The notes beneath the pieces are model-generated. The model saw nothing but the letters and a program-made list of their open reading frames with translations. It ran no database searches and was not told where the DNA came from. DNA of 64,000 nt from Octopus vulgaris (lineage: Eukaryota), in the NCBI GenBank assembly GCA_951406725.2, contig OX597829.1, positions 9,610,001 to 9,674,000 on the forward strand, read 5' to 3'. The position numbers were made by a program, and so were the translations under genes. Below, in pieces: positions 46,121 to 60,734 of the stretch (positions are counted from its first letter, which is position 1; every line of letters starts with the position of its first letter).

Positions 46121-46995
46121 ACCTACAATATTTGGTGTTGCTACATAAAAATAATACTCTATGATATTTATTGGAAAGGTTTTCAATAGCTAAGTAACGA
46201 AATTAAGATGTGTATACGACGCCATTTTTTGTGGTTTCTAAACCGAGCTTTCGCTTTAGCTTAAACTTATCTATATCGTTTTGGACGTTACACAGACGTG
46301 ACAGCGTACTTTTTAAGAACACTTCTTGTGTCTCATAATACAGTCGTTAAATGAAACACCCGAATCATTAAACTAAATGTATTAGGTTAATGATGTTCTA
46401 GAAGTTATTTATATCTTAACGACTTCATCTATATCTCTCCCATTCTAAATTGTTACTCACAATACGACTATCTTTCAATACGACTATATATATAAATAAT
46501 TTTCTTTTTTTTTTCTTTTTCACCGAGTCGGAAGCATTTCTTCATATATCTAATTGCTTTGAGACAAGCATCTATGTCACACACCTCATTTCTTCATCCA
46601 TATTGTTTTGATATCAGTGTGTCTCTGAGCGAGACCATCATCCTTCTATTCTTTATTACCATAGTTACCACAATCATAGACAACACATAATAATCATTGT
46701 CATTATCTCCTCTATCGTTATTATTTTTATCTTCACCATCGCCGTTATCATCGTCGTCCACGCTACCCTCATCGTCCTCGTCATCGTCGTCGTCATTGTC
46801 GTGACTATCTCTTCATCATCAATTTAAAAGCAAAATGGAGAAAGATGTCCTTCCGAATAATGCACACGTCAAAGAAATCTCAGTATTATTGTAGGAAATT
46901 CTAACTTGAAAAAATAATAAGATCTTTGGAGACTTTCGCAGCTGAAACTTTAAAGCATTGTAGATCGAAGGTGTAATATATACATACACACAAAC

Positions 46996-47053
<58 letters not shown>

Positions 47054-47228
47054 AATTCAAATAGACAATCAGTTCACATAAACGAGCAAAATTAACGGAC
47101 AAGAGGATGTGCACAAGGAATGTATATACATATACATAAGGTGTGTGTGAATGTGTGACTATGTATGTATACATACATACATACATATATATATATATAC
47201 TTTATATATTATATACATATATATATTT

Positions 47229-47280
<52 letters not shown>

Positions 47281-48790
47281 TTATATATATATATATATAT
47301 ATATACTTTATATATATATATATATATACTTTATATATTATATACATATATATATTTACACATATAACTATATATATATGCATATATGTATATAAATATA
47401 TATATATATATATATGCATACATATATATATATATATTTATATACACACGCATACATGTGTGTATATATATTGAAAGAGAGAGAGGGGGAGATGTTCATG
47501 CATACGCACATATGAGTGTATGTGTGTACTAACAGTTCTCTTTCATAATGCCTCCTTCGTACCCGAGACGGATGGGAATTAATATCAGCGAAATAAAATA
47601 AATAAAAAGACATAAAAACTATGAAAAGGAAAGAAATAAATAAAAACAGTCACACGGTATTTAAATATATACAACACGTTTCAATACTTTAAACAAATAA
47701 CTTTAAAAAAACTTGTTTACGGTCTGCACAAAATATCTATCAAAATAAAGACGCCATTTCGTTGCTTTTTTCTTTGTTTTTTATTTAGATCCTAAAAAGT
47801 GAACTGAACATAGAATAGATATTAGTTTCCTGTATTCTGTTCACTATAGTTTTTTTTTTTACCCCGTCCCTACCCATGTGTATTTAGGTCTCATTTTTCT
47901 TTCTTTTTATTTGTTGCTGTATTATGGTTGTTATTTTATACTTCTGTTCACTTACAGTTCGGTTCAATGAGGTGAAGTAGTAATCCGCTAAATTGAATAC
48001 CAGTTCTTTAAATTCTTATTTAGAAATAGTATCATTTTAAGTTTCTTAACTACAACAAACTGTTGATTTTACTGACGCCGATCTCACAGCAAGAGCATTT
48101 TTCTTTTCTTTTTTTTTTATATATATACGTGTGTGTGTGTGTGTGTGCTTAATAGGGGCGTTTTTATTTGTTTTATTTCTGGAGTGGGGTCGATGCTGGA
48201 ATAGGTTACCACATCAACGATGATACGTTAGAGTTTGCAGCCATGTCTCTTTCGTTCAGCTTATATGTAGATACACACACTCATGCTTATGTGCATGTAT
48301 AGATTCATATGCATACCGTAAGATGCATACCGTAAGATACATTCGTCGTGTGTGTATGTGTGGGTAGATATAAATGTCTTTAGATATTTGTATGTACACA
48401 TCCACACACAAGCACGCACCCGTATCAAATCGATGCATATGAGCATCTCTATTCATAAGTATGTCTGTATGGGTATGTGTACGTGTATGTATATATCCAT
48501 GATGGAGATGTGTTTGTAAATGTATGTATGATTGTATGTGGATGTCAGTATGTATAAATATGGATGCATTGTTTATTTATGTTTGTATGAAATTTCTCTC
48601 TTAGAACGTTTCGCCCTGTCGTCCATTACAAATTCTTTTTTAATTTTTTTGTTTTTTACTAATTTATTGTCAGATTACTGGACATTCCAACACATACGAA
48701 CCCCACGCGAACACTCATGCACGTTCAAACACAAATACCTACAATTATGCACATACACTAGGATTACACTCATTCCCACGTATAGGTACA

Positions 48791-49157
48791 TACTTCTAGT
48801 ATGTACGTATACATATATGGGTATCCTTAATCCGTCACCCAATCAAACACTGCTGTCTGGTGCTTAGGTGTGTATAACGCAAACCATTTTTGTTCAAGCA
48901 TTTGATGGACAAGGCTTTATTCAGAAGAAAATTCCCCGCTTTCGCCCGCCGATTACGAAATCCCGTTTTAGCTCGTTGCAGATTCGTGCTAACACGGGAT
49001 CCCCTAACGACAACGTAAACTTCATATTATCACGGTATCCTTGGCCTGAAGAGCAGCTTGCAGTCTACCCCACGTTTGAATAATTTGCTACTTCCGAGAT
49101 TTGGCTAGCTATGAAACATATGTAGACTGAATTTTATCTGTTCCATTCCCTATACAT

Positions 49158-49233
<76 letters not shown>

Positions 49234-49348
49234 TATAAGGCTTGAACAAAAATAGTTTGCGTTATACACACCTAAGCACCAGACAACCGTGTTTGAATGG
49301 GTGACGGATTAAGGATACCCATATATGTATACGTACATACTAGAAGTA
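48791..49348. repeat. 109-bp inverted repeat pair (48791-48899 / 49240-49348) enclosing a hammerhead-like motif
   Basis: Arms are reverse complements with 4 mismatches; 340-bp spacer. Confidence 0.95.
49041..49130 (+). ncRNA. Hammerhead motif with decayed helices
   Basis: CTGAAGA (49046-52), GCAGCTtGC...GCtAGCTAT, GAAA (49113-16), palindromic A-CATATG-T, GUA site. Helix I pairs poorly. Confidence 0.55.
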
Positions 49349-49388
49349 TATATATATTTATTTATTTATATATATTTAATATATAATA

Positions 49389-49439
<51 letters not shown>

Positions 49440-49882
49440 GAGAGAGTGTGGGAGGCAGACAGACAGGTTTCAGTTGATGCAGGTATGGTTCGTTGATGGT
49501 TCGCGTAGCATCACTATGGCTTCGGTCGGTTTCATTCCACCAAGCCGTCAAGTTGAATTTGATACACGCTCACAGTGTGGAAGATCGTCGTATATACATA
49601 CATTACAGGTATGCACGCACACACATACACACATAGGTAGATATATATGCATGTATATGCATAAAATGCATATATATGCATTTACATATCTGTGTGCATT
49701 TGTAATATTCTGCAACTAAACTATTTGATACTTCTGTGTATATAAATTAATTCGTTGAAGAAAAGAAAGCAAGTCGAATATGCTTCGGTAAAATAAGTAT
49801 TTAGGAAGCAAATTAACCCAATTACAAAAGAGCTATTAGATATGACATTCAGACAAACATCAATGTGCTTGTAATTGCGTTC

Positions 49883-50040
49883 GCAGACATGTGGTTAAGA
49901 AGTTCGACTATCAGATGTGAATCCGCGTTCGATTCCCCGCACCCCTCGCTGCACTATGAGCAAGCGTCATGCATTTCAGACTCGGACCGAAGCCATTGTG
50001 AATGAAATTAGATGGACACATATTGTAAGCCTGCCCGACG
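49883..50040 (+). mobile_element. Diverged tRNA-headed SINE left half (family A-like)
   Basis: TGTGGTTAAGAAGTTCG..GTTCGATTCCC..TGAGCAAGCGTC..TTGTGAATGAAATT. Confidence 0.55.
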
Positions 50041-50427
50041 GAGTGTTTATGCAGCTCTTAGGCGCAGACTTGTCCTGCATAAAGTTGAGAAAAGAGACGT
50101 TTATTTTCATGAAATGGACATTGGACAGCAAGACGTTTCCTTGTTGCCGCACCTGCCTTCAAGGTGAATCGTTAGCATCATTAAGTTCTGGACTTTTAAA
50201 CTATTTTATAGCTTTTTCGTAGAATGTAATTTATCACAATCTTGGGAGTGACTCAATCTTGGGAGTGACTGGATCTGGATAGGTTTCAACTGAGAGAATA
50301 ATACTTCGGGTGAATTATGTGTACTTCAAAGATCCATTCTGCTTAGACTGGAGTTAGACTGAAGTTAGCCTAATTAGGTGTGAGTGTCACATTGCAATAT
50401 AATAAAGAGTCTCAGGAATTCTCAGTC

Positions 50428-50725
50428 ATTACCTCCGCCAAGGAAGGAGCTTATGTTTTCAATGGTGTTGGTTTGTCCGTCTGTCCATCTGTGTGCAAAA
50501 TACTCAAAAAATATTTGATGAAACTTGCAGAAAACATTGGTAATAACACAAGGAACTGATGAGGAAATTTTGGTAGTGATCCGTAAATTTTTATGGATTC
50601 TTGAAGGATTTTTCATTTGTCATATTTACTTTACATAACGTATTACAATGCTACGTTCTTTGATTATCTCCCTTCAAAACACATCGTTTCCATGTAACCT
50701 ATGGTGGCGTTGCTGTTTAGAGACA
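50428..50725 (+). mobile_element. Helentron-associated non-autonomous element (HINE/DINE-1-like), 5' part
   Basis: ATTACCTCCGCCAAGGAAGGAG start, GTCC/GTCT micro-repeat, then TACTCAAAAA..TTGATGAAACTT..AAATTTTGGTAGTGATCCG, as typical of this element type. Confidence 0.7.
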
Positions 50726-51067
50726 GTGTTGATGATGACGATGGTTTCGATAAGTATGGGAGGAGGATAAAATAGTATCGGTGGTTATAATGGCAACAGG
50801 AGCGGTGTGATGTGTGATGCTGAGGTGATGGTGGTAATAGTGGTGTTGATGATAGTGTTAGTTGTGTGATGGTGGTATCGCAGTGGTTATACTGGTTCTG
50901 GTGGTGAACGTGACTGTCAAGGTAACTGTCATGATAACATTGATGGCTGTGTATGTGGAGGAAGTGGAAGCAGTGACCATGCTGCTAATGATGATGTGAA
51001 CTGCTTCAGATGATAACTGTTTTTAAAGGTGTTTTTTTCTTAAAATCATATGGGTGTGTTATTTTTT

Positions 51068-51198
51068 TTACCCCCGCCAAGGAGGTTATGTGTTTGCCGG
51101 CGTTGGTTTGGGAAATTGGGCGATTTTCAGTATGTGTGTATATGGATGGAAATGAGCTGCTTGGCAGAGGTCTACGCACTCCGAGTGCTTTTCTAGTT
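51068..51198 (+). mobile_element. Minimal complete HINE/DINE-1-like element
   Basis: 5' subterminal IR ACCCCCGCCAA plus GGAGGT, 3' IR TTGGCAGAGGT, stem-loop GCACTC-C-GAGTGC, CTAG, T-rich flanks on both sides. Confidence 0.75.
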
Positions 51199-51670
51199 TT
51201 CATATACTTCAGTTAATCGAACAACTAAATCTGAATCGTCGAAACCGACGGAGGTGGAATATTTACTTATCCATTACACTGAATTTGTTAGATTAGTTCA
51301 TTAAATAAGGGTAACACTGAATAGTCGAAACCGACAAAAAAATAAGAAGGGAACTATATTGTCTGTTGGTGCTGATGTTGGTGATAGTGTTGGTGCTAGT
51401 GGTGGCACTGGCGTGGTTGTTGATGGTGGCGTATCCGGGGTCAAACTTTATTGAGGAGATATGAATTCAGATGAAGTCGTAATCAGGCAGCGTTTTAATT
51501 TTAATTTCAATTTTAATTACATTTTTAAAATACAATTTATGAAGGACTCAGTGCATCATGAAATGTTTCCATACTTGTTCTTGTTTTGAACAAATATCGT
51601 GTTGTTCTTTGGATGAAAACTCACAACCATTTATGGTAGGTCGTGGAGAATTGCATTCCTTCTAGACACA

Positions 51671-51717
<47 letters not shown>

Positions 51718-52297
51718 TCACGCCCACACATACACATTTGCACACACGCATGTACTCACGTATTAGCATATATATTTATATATGCACACAAACACTGACA
51801 CACACACATACGCACCGCACACACACACAAGTGAATATATACACACACACATATATAAATGAAGGAATACACAAGAACAGGACATCACTAACGAGTGAAA
51901 AATACGTAAGTACACAACGAGAGATAAATACGGGACAAACTACCAAAAGAAGTCTAATCCCTTCCTCAGTTGTCGATTGTGATATTACTCCCTGTGAATA
52001 TAAGTATGCGTGGTTGACGTGTGCTCTTCGCAGATCAGAAAGTAGAAAATATTTCTGAACGCAAAAATAAATTGCATAAAATATGATTTTAGTTTTCCTC
52101 AAAACCCAAAATGTACATTATGGTCTTGAGCAAGTAAATCATTTGTCTTCACACTCGGTATGTCTGGCAAAACAGTGGATGATAAGTTGTAAACAGAATA
52201 TGAAATTTTGATTACGTAATATAACTGGTGAAATAATGAGATTGGGTAAGAGGTTATTTGTGCGTTTATATATGTATACATATAAACATACGCGTAA

Positions 52298-52507
52298 GCC
52301 GGGCTTTGTGATAAGAAGATTGGTTCCCAACCACTTAGTTCCTGGTTCTGTCCCACTGCGTGACACCTTGGCTAAGTATTCTTTAGAAGTTGCCTCGCAC
52401 CAACCACAACCTTGTGAATTGATTTGGAAGACGGAAACAGTAAAAATTATAAGAATCACGCTGTATATATATGTATAATATATATGTATATGTATAAAAT
52501 ATACATA

Positions 52508-52548
<41 letters not shown>

Positions 52549-52588
52549 CATATACATATATATTATACATATATATACGGCGTGATTC

Positions 52589-52634
<46 letters not shown>

Positions 52635-52795
52635 TTTGTGGCTGTTTTTGTCCTCCATACCACTTGACAGTCAGTGATGGTGTAGTTACGTCCCTGTAAC
52701 TTTCCGGTTCAGCAAAGGAAACTCATAGAACAAGTACCAGGTGTATGAAAAAAGTCTTGGAGTCGAGTCATTCAACTAACAAATTTTCAAGAATG
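52298..52795 (+). mobile_element. SINE family A with internal inverted duplication
   Basis: Left half GTCCCACTGCGTGACACCTTGG..GGAAGACGGAAAC; right half CTTGACAGTCAGTGATGGTG..TACGTCCCTGTAAC. Confidence 0.8.
52446..52595. repeat. 52-bp inverted repeat around (TA)n
   Basis: ATTATAAGAATCACGCTGTATAT.. versus ..ATATACGGCGTGATTCTTATAAT, one mismatch. Confidence 0.85.
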
Positions 52796-52937
52796 TGTGT
52801 ATGTAAATGCAAATATATACATATGTATATATATGTGTGTACATATATATATATATACACTCAGAGAGAGACACAAACATAGATACACACTCACTCTGTC
52901 ACACACACACACACACACGTATATATGTATATATATT

Positions 52938-52969
<32 letters not shown>

Positions 52970-52984
52970 TATATATTTGATAAA

Positions 52985-53155
<171 letters not shown>

Positions 53156-53632
53156 TATAATATAAACCGGCTTCTAATGGAAAAGCGCGGATATGAAACA
53201 TGCTCGAAGACTGGAAGTCACAGTTTTGAGCCTTCTCTTCCCAAGAATCTCAAACCAGACCACCTGATTATCAGCCGAAGGATTTTTTGAGACAACTTAC
53301 GGGCAAAAGTTAGTTTTCTTGGAACTGTCAAATAGGAGCTGCGTGCATTTTTATTGCGCGTGACATATGTGTGTGTGTGTGTGAGTGTGTTTTAGAATCG
53401 CGTCCGTAATTGGATTTTTTTTTATCATTATAATTAATGGTCTTATTAACACAAGTTACATTCACCGTAAAATACTTCAGCTTCTGGGTAGGGTAACTAA
53501 ATATTTTATTATACTGAAATGTAGAGAGAAACTACATAAAAATATACGATTTACATACACACACACGCGCGCGCACGATCATGCACTTACACACGTATAT
53601 ATATGTGTATGTATGTATAAATATAAATATAG

Positions 53633-53677
<45 letters not shown>

Positions 53678-53692
53678 TACATACATATATAC

Positions 53693-53739
<47 letters not shown>

Positions 53740-53935
53740 CATAGTAGAATGTGTGTGTGTGTGTGTGTGTGTTAGAGAGAGAGAGAGAGAGAAAGAGGGA
53801 GAAAGGGACATATAGCGACAGTTACACACATGCACACACATATTCACACACACTCACACATGCATAGAAGCAGGAATGGGTACACGAACGTGCAGAAACA
53901 CACATAAGTGTAAAAATGCATATATACATATATAT

Positions 53936-53974
<39 letters not shown>

Positions 53975-54060
53975 TACATATATATATATATATATATATG
54001 TAAATATATATGTGTGTGTGTGTGTATATAAATACGTGTATTAGTGTGTATATATGTACA

Positions 54061-54099
<39 letters not shown>

Positions 54100-54106
54100 T
54101 TATATA

Positions 54107-54303
54107 CCGGAGTAAACACATAAATGTGACACAAGGTGGAAAAAAAGAGTACTCAAATACCAGGAGTAGAGTAATATGCTTTATTTAAAAGCAGCAGAAA
54201 ATTCAACAAAACCTGTTACTCTGAGTTTCCCGTTGTCGTTCGTCGGACAAAAACTGTCCGATGAACGGTAACAGGTTTTGTTGAAATTTCTGCTGCTTTA
54301 AAG
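54107..54303 (-). mobile_element. Hammerhead-bearing element with fold-back end
   Basis: Minus 54249-54213 reads TGT-CCGACGA-aCG-ACAA-CGg-GAAA-CTC-A-GAG-T-A-ACA, followed by AATAAA and a segment shared with 8773-8808. Inverted repeats at 54188-54219/54268-54299 and 54237-54249/54255-54267. Confidence 0.65.
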
Positions 54304-54362
54304 TATATCTTTATATATCTATATGTATATGTATATATATATATATACATATACATATATAA

Positions 54363-54418
<56 letters not shown>

Positions 54419-54576
54419 ATATATATATATATATATGTATGTAAGTATACATGTATGTGTGTATGTATAGGGGAGAAAGACAGATACATTCCTTTCTATG
54501 TCTCAGGTTCATGAGATTGACGAAATTAAAGTATATATGTTTGTAGAATATTGTATGTGCGTCCATGTATAAGTAT

Positions 54577-54621
<45 letters not shown>

Positions 54622-55137
54622 TGCACCCCCTGTTTGCTTTTCGGAGACTAAGGCAAAGTGTAAAACGCTTCCTTTCCATGCAACAAGTGGCTTCTTCTTA
54701 GTTCGGCGTTAAGTCGTTCTTTACGTTCTGCAACTTAATAACGTGGCAAGTTTACATTCACAATCTTGCATTCTCATTCCACTTCCCCGTACACACGCGC
54801 AGGCGCGCGCGTTATATATATATATATGTGTGTGGGTGTGTGTGTGTATGTATGCATATATATATATATGCATATGTATATATATATATATGTATATATA
54901 TATATGTATATATATATGTGTATGTATATATATATGCATATATATGTACATACATATATATATGTGTGTGTGTATGTATGTATCTATATCTATCTATCTA
55001 TATATATATATATATAGATATAGATAGATAGATAGACAGATAGATAGACAGACAGACTGATAGATAGATATATAGATAGACAGATAGATAGACAGACAGA
55101 CTGATAGATAGATATATAGATAGATAGACAGACAGAC

Positions 55138-55232
<95 letters not shown>

Positions 55233-55266
55233 AGATAGATAGATAGATAGAGATAGAGATATATAT

Positions 55267-55476
55267 GGCGGCATGCAGGCAGAATCGTTTGCACGCCGGG
55301 CGAAATGCGTAGCCGTATTTCGTCTGCCGTTACGTTCTGAGTTCAAATTCCGCCGAGGTCGACTTTGCCTTTCGGGTCGATTAAAAAAGTACTAGTTACG
55401 CACTAGTAATCGGCTTAATCCCTTTGATCTTGTTTGTCTTCTCTGTGTTTAACCCCCTCTGGACAATAAAGAAATA
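55267..55476 (+). mobile_element. SINE family B
   Basis: GGCGG..GGCAGAATCGTT..GAGTTCAAATTCCGCCGAGGTCGACTTTGCCTTTC; matches the reverse complement of 61375-61588. Confidence 0.85.
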
Positions 55477-55710
55477 TATGCATATATATGTATGCATACG
55501 TGTGTGTGTACATGATTGAGAAAATATATACATAGACATATATATGCATATAATGAATACATGCACATATACTTGCATAAATACACACATACACAAAATC
55601 ACGTGAAATCGAAAATTAGCGGGAGGTTAAAAGAGGGGTAGACGCGGAAGGGGGTGGTTCCCTACCCAGCTGCGTATTCGGGAACAACTTGAAAAGAAAT
55701 ACGTACATAC

Positions 55711-55740
<30 letters not shown>

Positions 55741-55741
<1 letters not shown>

Positions 55742-56092
55742 ACGCAAAGGCCCAGTGGTTAGGTCAGCAGACATGCGGTCGTAGGATCGCGTTTTCGTTG
55801 TGCGTGTTTATTGAGCAAAATCCCTAAAGCTCCACGATGCTCCGGCAGGGGTGGGGTGGCGAACCCTGCTGTACCCTTACACCACAACTTTCTCTCACTA
55901 TTTCTTCCTGTTTGTGTTGTACCTGTACTTCAGCCTTGTCACTCTCTCTGTCACGCTGAATCTCCCCGAGAACTACGTTAGGGACACACGTGTCTGTGGA
56001 GTGCTCAGCCACTTACACGTTAATTTCACGAGCAGGCTGTTCCGTTGATCGGATCAACTGGAACTCTCGTCGTTGCAACCGACGGAGTGCTT
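55741..56092 (+). mobile_element. tRNA-headed SINE family C (recalled as resembling tRNA-Arg-derived octopus SINEs)
   Basis: A-box-like GGCCCAGTGGTTAGG head with truncated B-box and a GC-balanced body between microsatellites. Single copy here; family identity from memory only. Confidence 0.6.
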
Positions 56093-56475
56093 CCATATAT
56101 ATATATATATATATTTAGAGAGAGAAACACACACATACATGTATATGAGCACTATTTTATATACGTGCATATATTTTTAGAAGTATATGTATACACAGAC
56201 ACACACACACACACACGTATATATACCTATTACATATATTCTTGCACAAATATGTGCAAAATGCTGTTGGACTGGTAATGCAATTTAAAGACAGGGGCAT
56301 CTGGAGCTTTACATATTTGTAGGAGTATCGAATATATTATGGGATACACACGCACTAACATCACATGTTAAAACTAATGCAACATCAGCTTGTCTCAGTG
56401 TCGGAACTCCATGTCCTCACCCTCATCCATTCACATACACTAACAAATACCCGTCTGTATTTATATACCCCCCAC

Positions 56476-56560
<85 letters not shown>

Positions 56561-56867
56561 TATATATATACATATATAAATATTATGTGTGTGTATATAG
56601 ATATATATATACATACATATATGTGTGTTTGTGTTGTGTATACATGCGTAAATATGTATATGTATATTTATGTATATCTATATATATGTTGTATGTATAG
56701 ATTTGCCTATATATTTGTGTATATATTCTTGATATATATATATAAATACAAATATTGAGAACATGAACGGACGGAACACAGATACAGAGGGTCCCTAATT
56801 CTTCATCAGATGGTATTACTTGGTTTCGCACCAATATACATACCTACATATATCTATATATCTATAG

Positions 56868-57006
<139 letters not shown>

Positions 57007-57064
57007 CATATAATAAATACATACATATATATACATGTATGTGTGTGGATATATATATATATGT

Positions 57065-57350
<286 letters not shown>

Positions 57351-57510
57351 TACATAATCGTGTATCGCTATATAATCCCCAGGCGTATAAACTAACAAAG
57401 CAGGTGACTGTGCCCACACACCGACACTCACACACATAGACACATACATACACACACACACTTACATATACACACTCATATATGTATATATATATATATC
57501 TATCTATCTA

Positions 57511-57548
<38 letters not shown>

Positions 57549-57888
57549 TATATGCCCATACATTAGCATACATATGAGTGTGTGTGTGTTTGTATGTATG
57601 TATATCTATCTATATACATATATATATATATACACACATAAATTTCTATGAGTGTATATAGTAACATAGACACATTCACACAATCATGCACACAGCTCGC
57701 ACACACACACAATCAGACAGAGGTAGATATTCATGTGTGCAATGCCAGAATTTCGGGCTTTGTGCCTAGAGCAGGAAAGAATATATATTAATAGTTTTAG
57801 GGTCTAAATGTGAGTCCCTTTTTTTTACAAATTTTTGTCTCATTGTGAAAATCAGTTTCAATGATGTGCGAAAGTGAATGTCCAGGTA

Positions 57889-57961
<73 letters not shown>

Positions 57962-58641
57962 GTGTGTATTTGTGCTTGCATGCATGTATACATATCCGTA
58001 TATAGGTATATAAAGTTCCATGTAAGGATATATATATATATATATATATATAAATATGTATGTATACGTGTTTGCATATATTTATACATATATTAATTTC
58101 TGTATGTGTGTGTACCTGTGCGTATTTGTGTATTTATACATAAATGCACACAAATCATATTTTTATATACACACTTGTTAAACATAAATATGTTTACATA
58201 TATACACTCGCATATATACACACACTAATACATAAAAATATCTTTAGATATATGATGCACCCACACTCACACACACACAACACACACATACATATATATT
58301 TATAGATACACTTATGCATACTTGTATGATTAATATCTATATTTGTTTATGTATGTATGTGCGTGTATGTGTGTGTGTGAGTGTTCTTGTTCCTATGTGT
58401 ATATACAAACACGATGATTACACACACGCACACACATAACCGCGCACACACAAACGCATACTCACACATAACCACAAACATACATTAACACAAAATATGG
58501 TTTAAAAAATCCTTCACATCTGTCCCAGTAAATTAAAAATAGTTATTTCAAATATGTTTTTGAACGAGTGTATAAATCTGCGTATACGATTTTGTGTACA
58601 TAGTGAGTAAATGAGCATTTATGTAGAAATGCTTGTATATA

Positions 58642-58815
58642 TTCTTTTATTCTTTTACTCGTTTCACTGCAACGAAATCGACCCCAGGACTTATTTTTTA
58701 TAAGCCTAGTTCATATTCTATCAGTCCCTTTTGTTGAACTGCTGGTTTACAGGGACGCAAAAACACCAGCATCAGTTGTGAAGTGACGGTGGTGGGGGAC
58801 AAACACAGACACACA
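58642..58815 (-). mobile_element. SINE family A right half
   Basis: AAATCGACCCCAGGACTTATT..AACACCAGCATCAGTTGT..GGGACAAACACA. Confidence 0.8.
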
Positions 58816-58846
58816 AATACATACATACATACATACATACATACAT

Positions 58847-58878
<32 letters not shown>

Positions 58879-59022
58879 TCACATATATATATATATACGT
58901 ACATGCACACACACGTATGTACGTGTACATGTTTATATATACGCAAAAGACAGACAGATTGAGAGACAGACAAACGGATGGATAGATTGTTATACAGTCA
59001 GATAGACAGAAACAGATAGACA

Positions 59023-59207
<185 letters not shown>

Positions 59208-59547
59208 GTAAAGCATGTATGTTTATATAAATATGCATATGATTAGGATGTGTATGTGTAAGCGACTGTGTGATATTATGCATATCTCCCTAATTGCTTT
59301 TCGGCTTCTACCATGACCAGTTTATGTCCAACCCATAATTCATGTAATTGAATATTAATCACACCCAAAGGACAGTGTTCCATTTCCTTTATACAGCCCT
59401 ATATGTCTGTCTGTCTGCATCCCTCTCTCTGCATCCCTCTGTCTATCTATATATCTCCCTCTCTGTTTTTCTGTCTGCCTCTCTCTCTCCTCCCTTCATT
59501 TCTGTGTGTGTGTATATATTTACATACACACACACACACATACATAC

Positions 59548-59607
59548 ATTCTTTTACTTGTTCCAGTTTAGTCATTAGGCTACGGCCATGCTGGGGCTCC
59601 GCCTGAC
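59548..59607 (-). mobile_element. SINE family A 3' tail
   Basis: TCTTTTACTTGTT..AGTCATTAGGCTACGGCCATGCTGGGGCTCCGCC. Confidence 0.7.
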
Positions 59608-59680
59608 TGTCGATATTTTCGTTTTCCTCCACCACTTACTGCGTTACATAGGTATATACACGTACTCACGGGCACACACC

Positions 59681-59721
<41 letters not shown>

Positions 59722-59786
59722 ATATATGATGGGTTACCAGAGCCTGGAACGACAGCTTAGAGGTCACAACACAAATGCAGAGTAGC

Positions 59787-59819
<33 letters not shown>

Positions 59820-60734
59820 TATGTGTGTGTGTGCCTGTAGTTTTACACACCTTGCATGATGTTCATGTGTTTCGCTGTAAATATACTCTTAATCAGAAAT
59901 TAACCGCTAATGATAGATTACACATTGGTCCCTCTTTGGATTTGTCTTAAAGTTGTTTATTAAGATTGAAGGAGCTTTCCCTTAAATGCATTGTACTAGC
60001 AGTTGTGGTAGGTAACTATATTGTTATATATATATATACTCATGTTGTTTAGAATATAATGTGGCAATCATGTAGTTTGTGGCTCGGTTTCACAAAATGG
60101 CGTCTTGATCATGTCTTCTGTTTTGGCCGTGTTTCGGCCAATTACTTATGACAGAAATTTACTTAGTGAAAACTGTGTGAAGCTCGTCCTAGAGGCCGTT
60201 CCTTTCTTGAGCCTGGTATACTTAATATACTGCCGTGCTTGATACCATTATCTGGCTGCTAGGCATCTTTAGTGCTGTCCACTCTGTTGCAAGACTTCTA
60301 GCCGCGTCTCTGTTTTAATCATAGCGTCGTCATTTATTAGTTCAGGACAGGAAAGCCTTAAGAAACTTGCCTGTCTGTTTCTCACTAAACCACTCACAAG
60401 TAGAAAAAAACTAAAATGAGTCCATGTCGACGAAAATCATGTAATTAATTTCTCAAGCTTGAATAAGTTGTTTGACAGATGGAAGAAGAAAGTACCAACT
60501 TTTCCATGTTTTCTGAGAGAAATCTAGTCTGTTTGGTGAAGGATTTGTAGCCAAATCAACTTAGCCACTGAGCGCTGCCCTATATTACGTCAAATGATTT
60601 TATTAAAACTTGCAAATGTATTATAAATTCCATTAGTTATAAATTCTTTTAGTTGTACATTGTATCAGCCTTTCATATTCTACTGTACAGACAGTTCACT
60701 TTACCAAAATTATATAGAATCAACACGTCGTTCG

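Noticed and set aside
48311-50270. Small tandem duplications GCATACCGTAAGAT x2 (48311) and CAATCTTGGGAGTGACT x2 (50237)
   Set aside because: Ordinary local duplications with no further structure.
50556-50570. CTGATGAGGAAA
   Set aside because: Internal to the HINE with no room for helix II.
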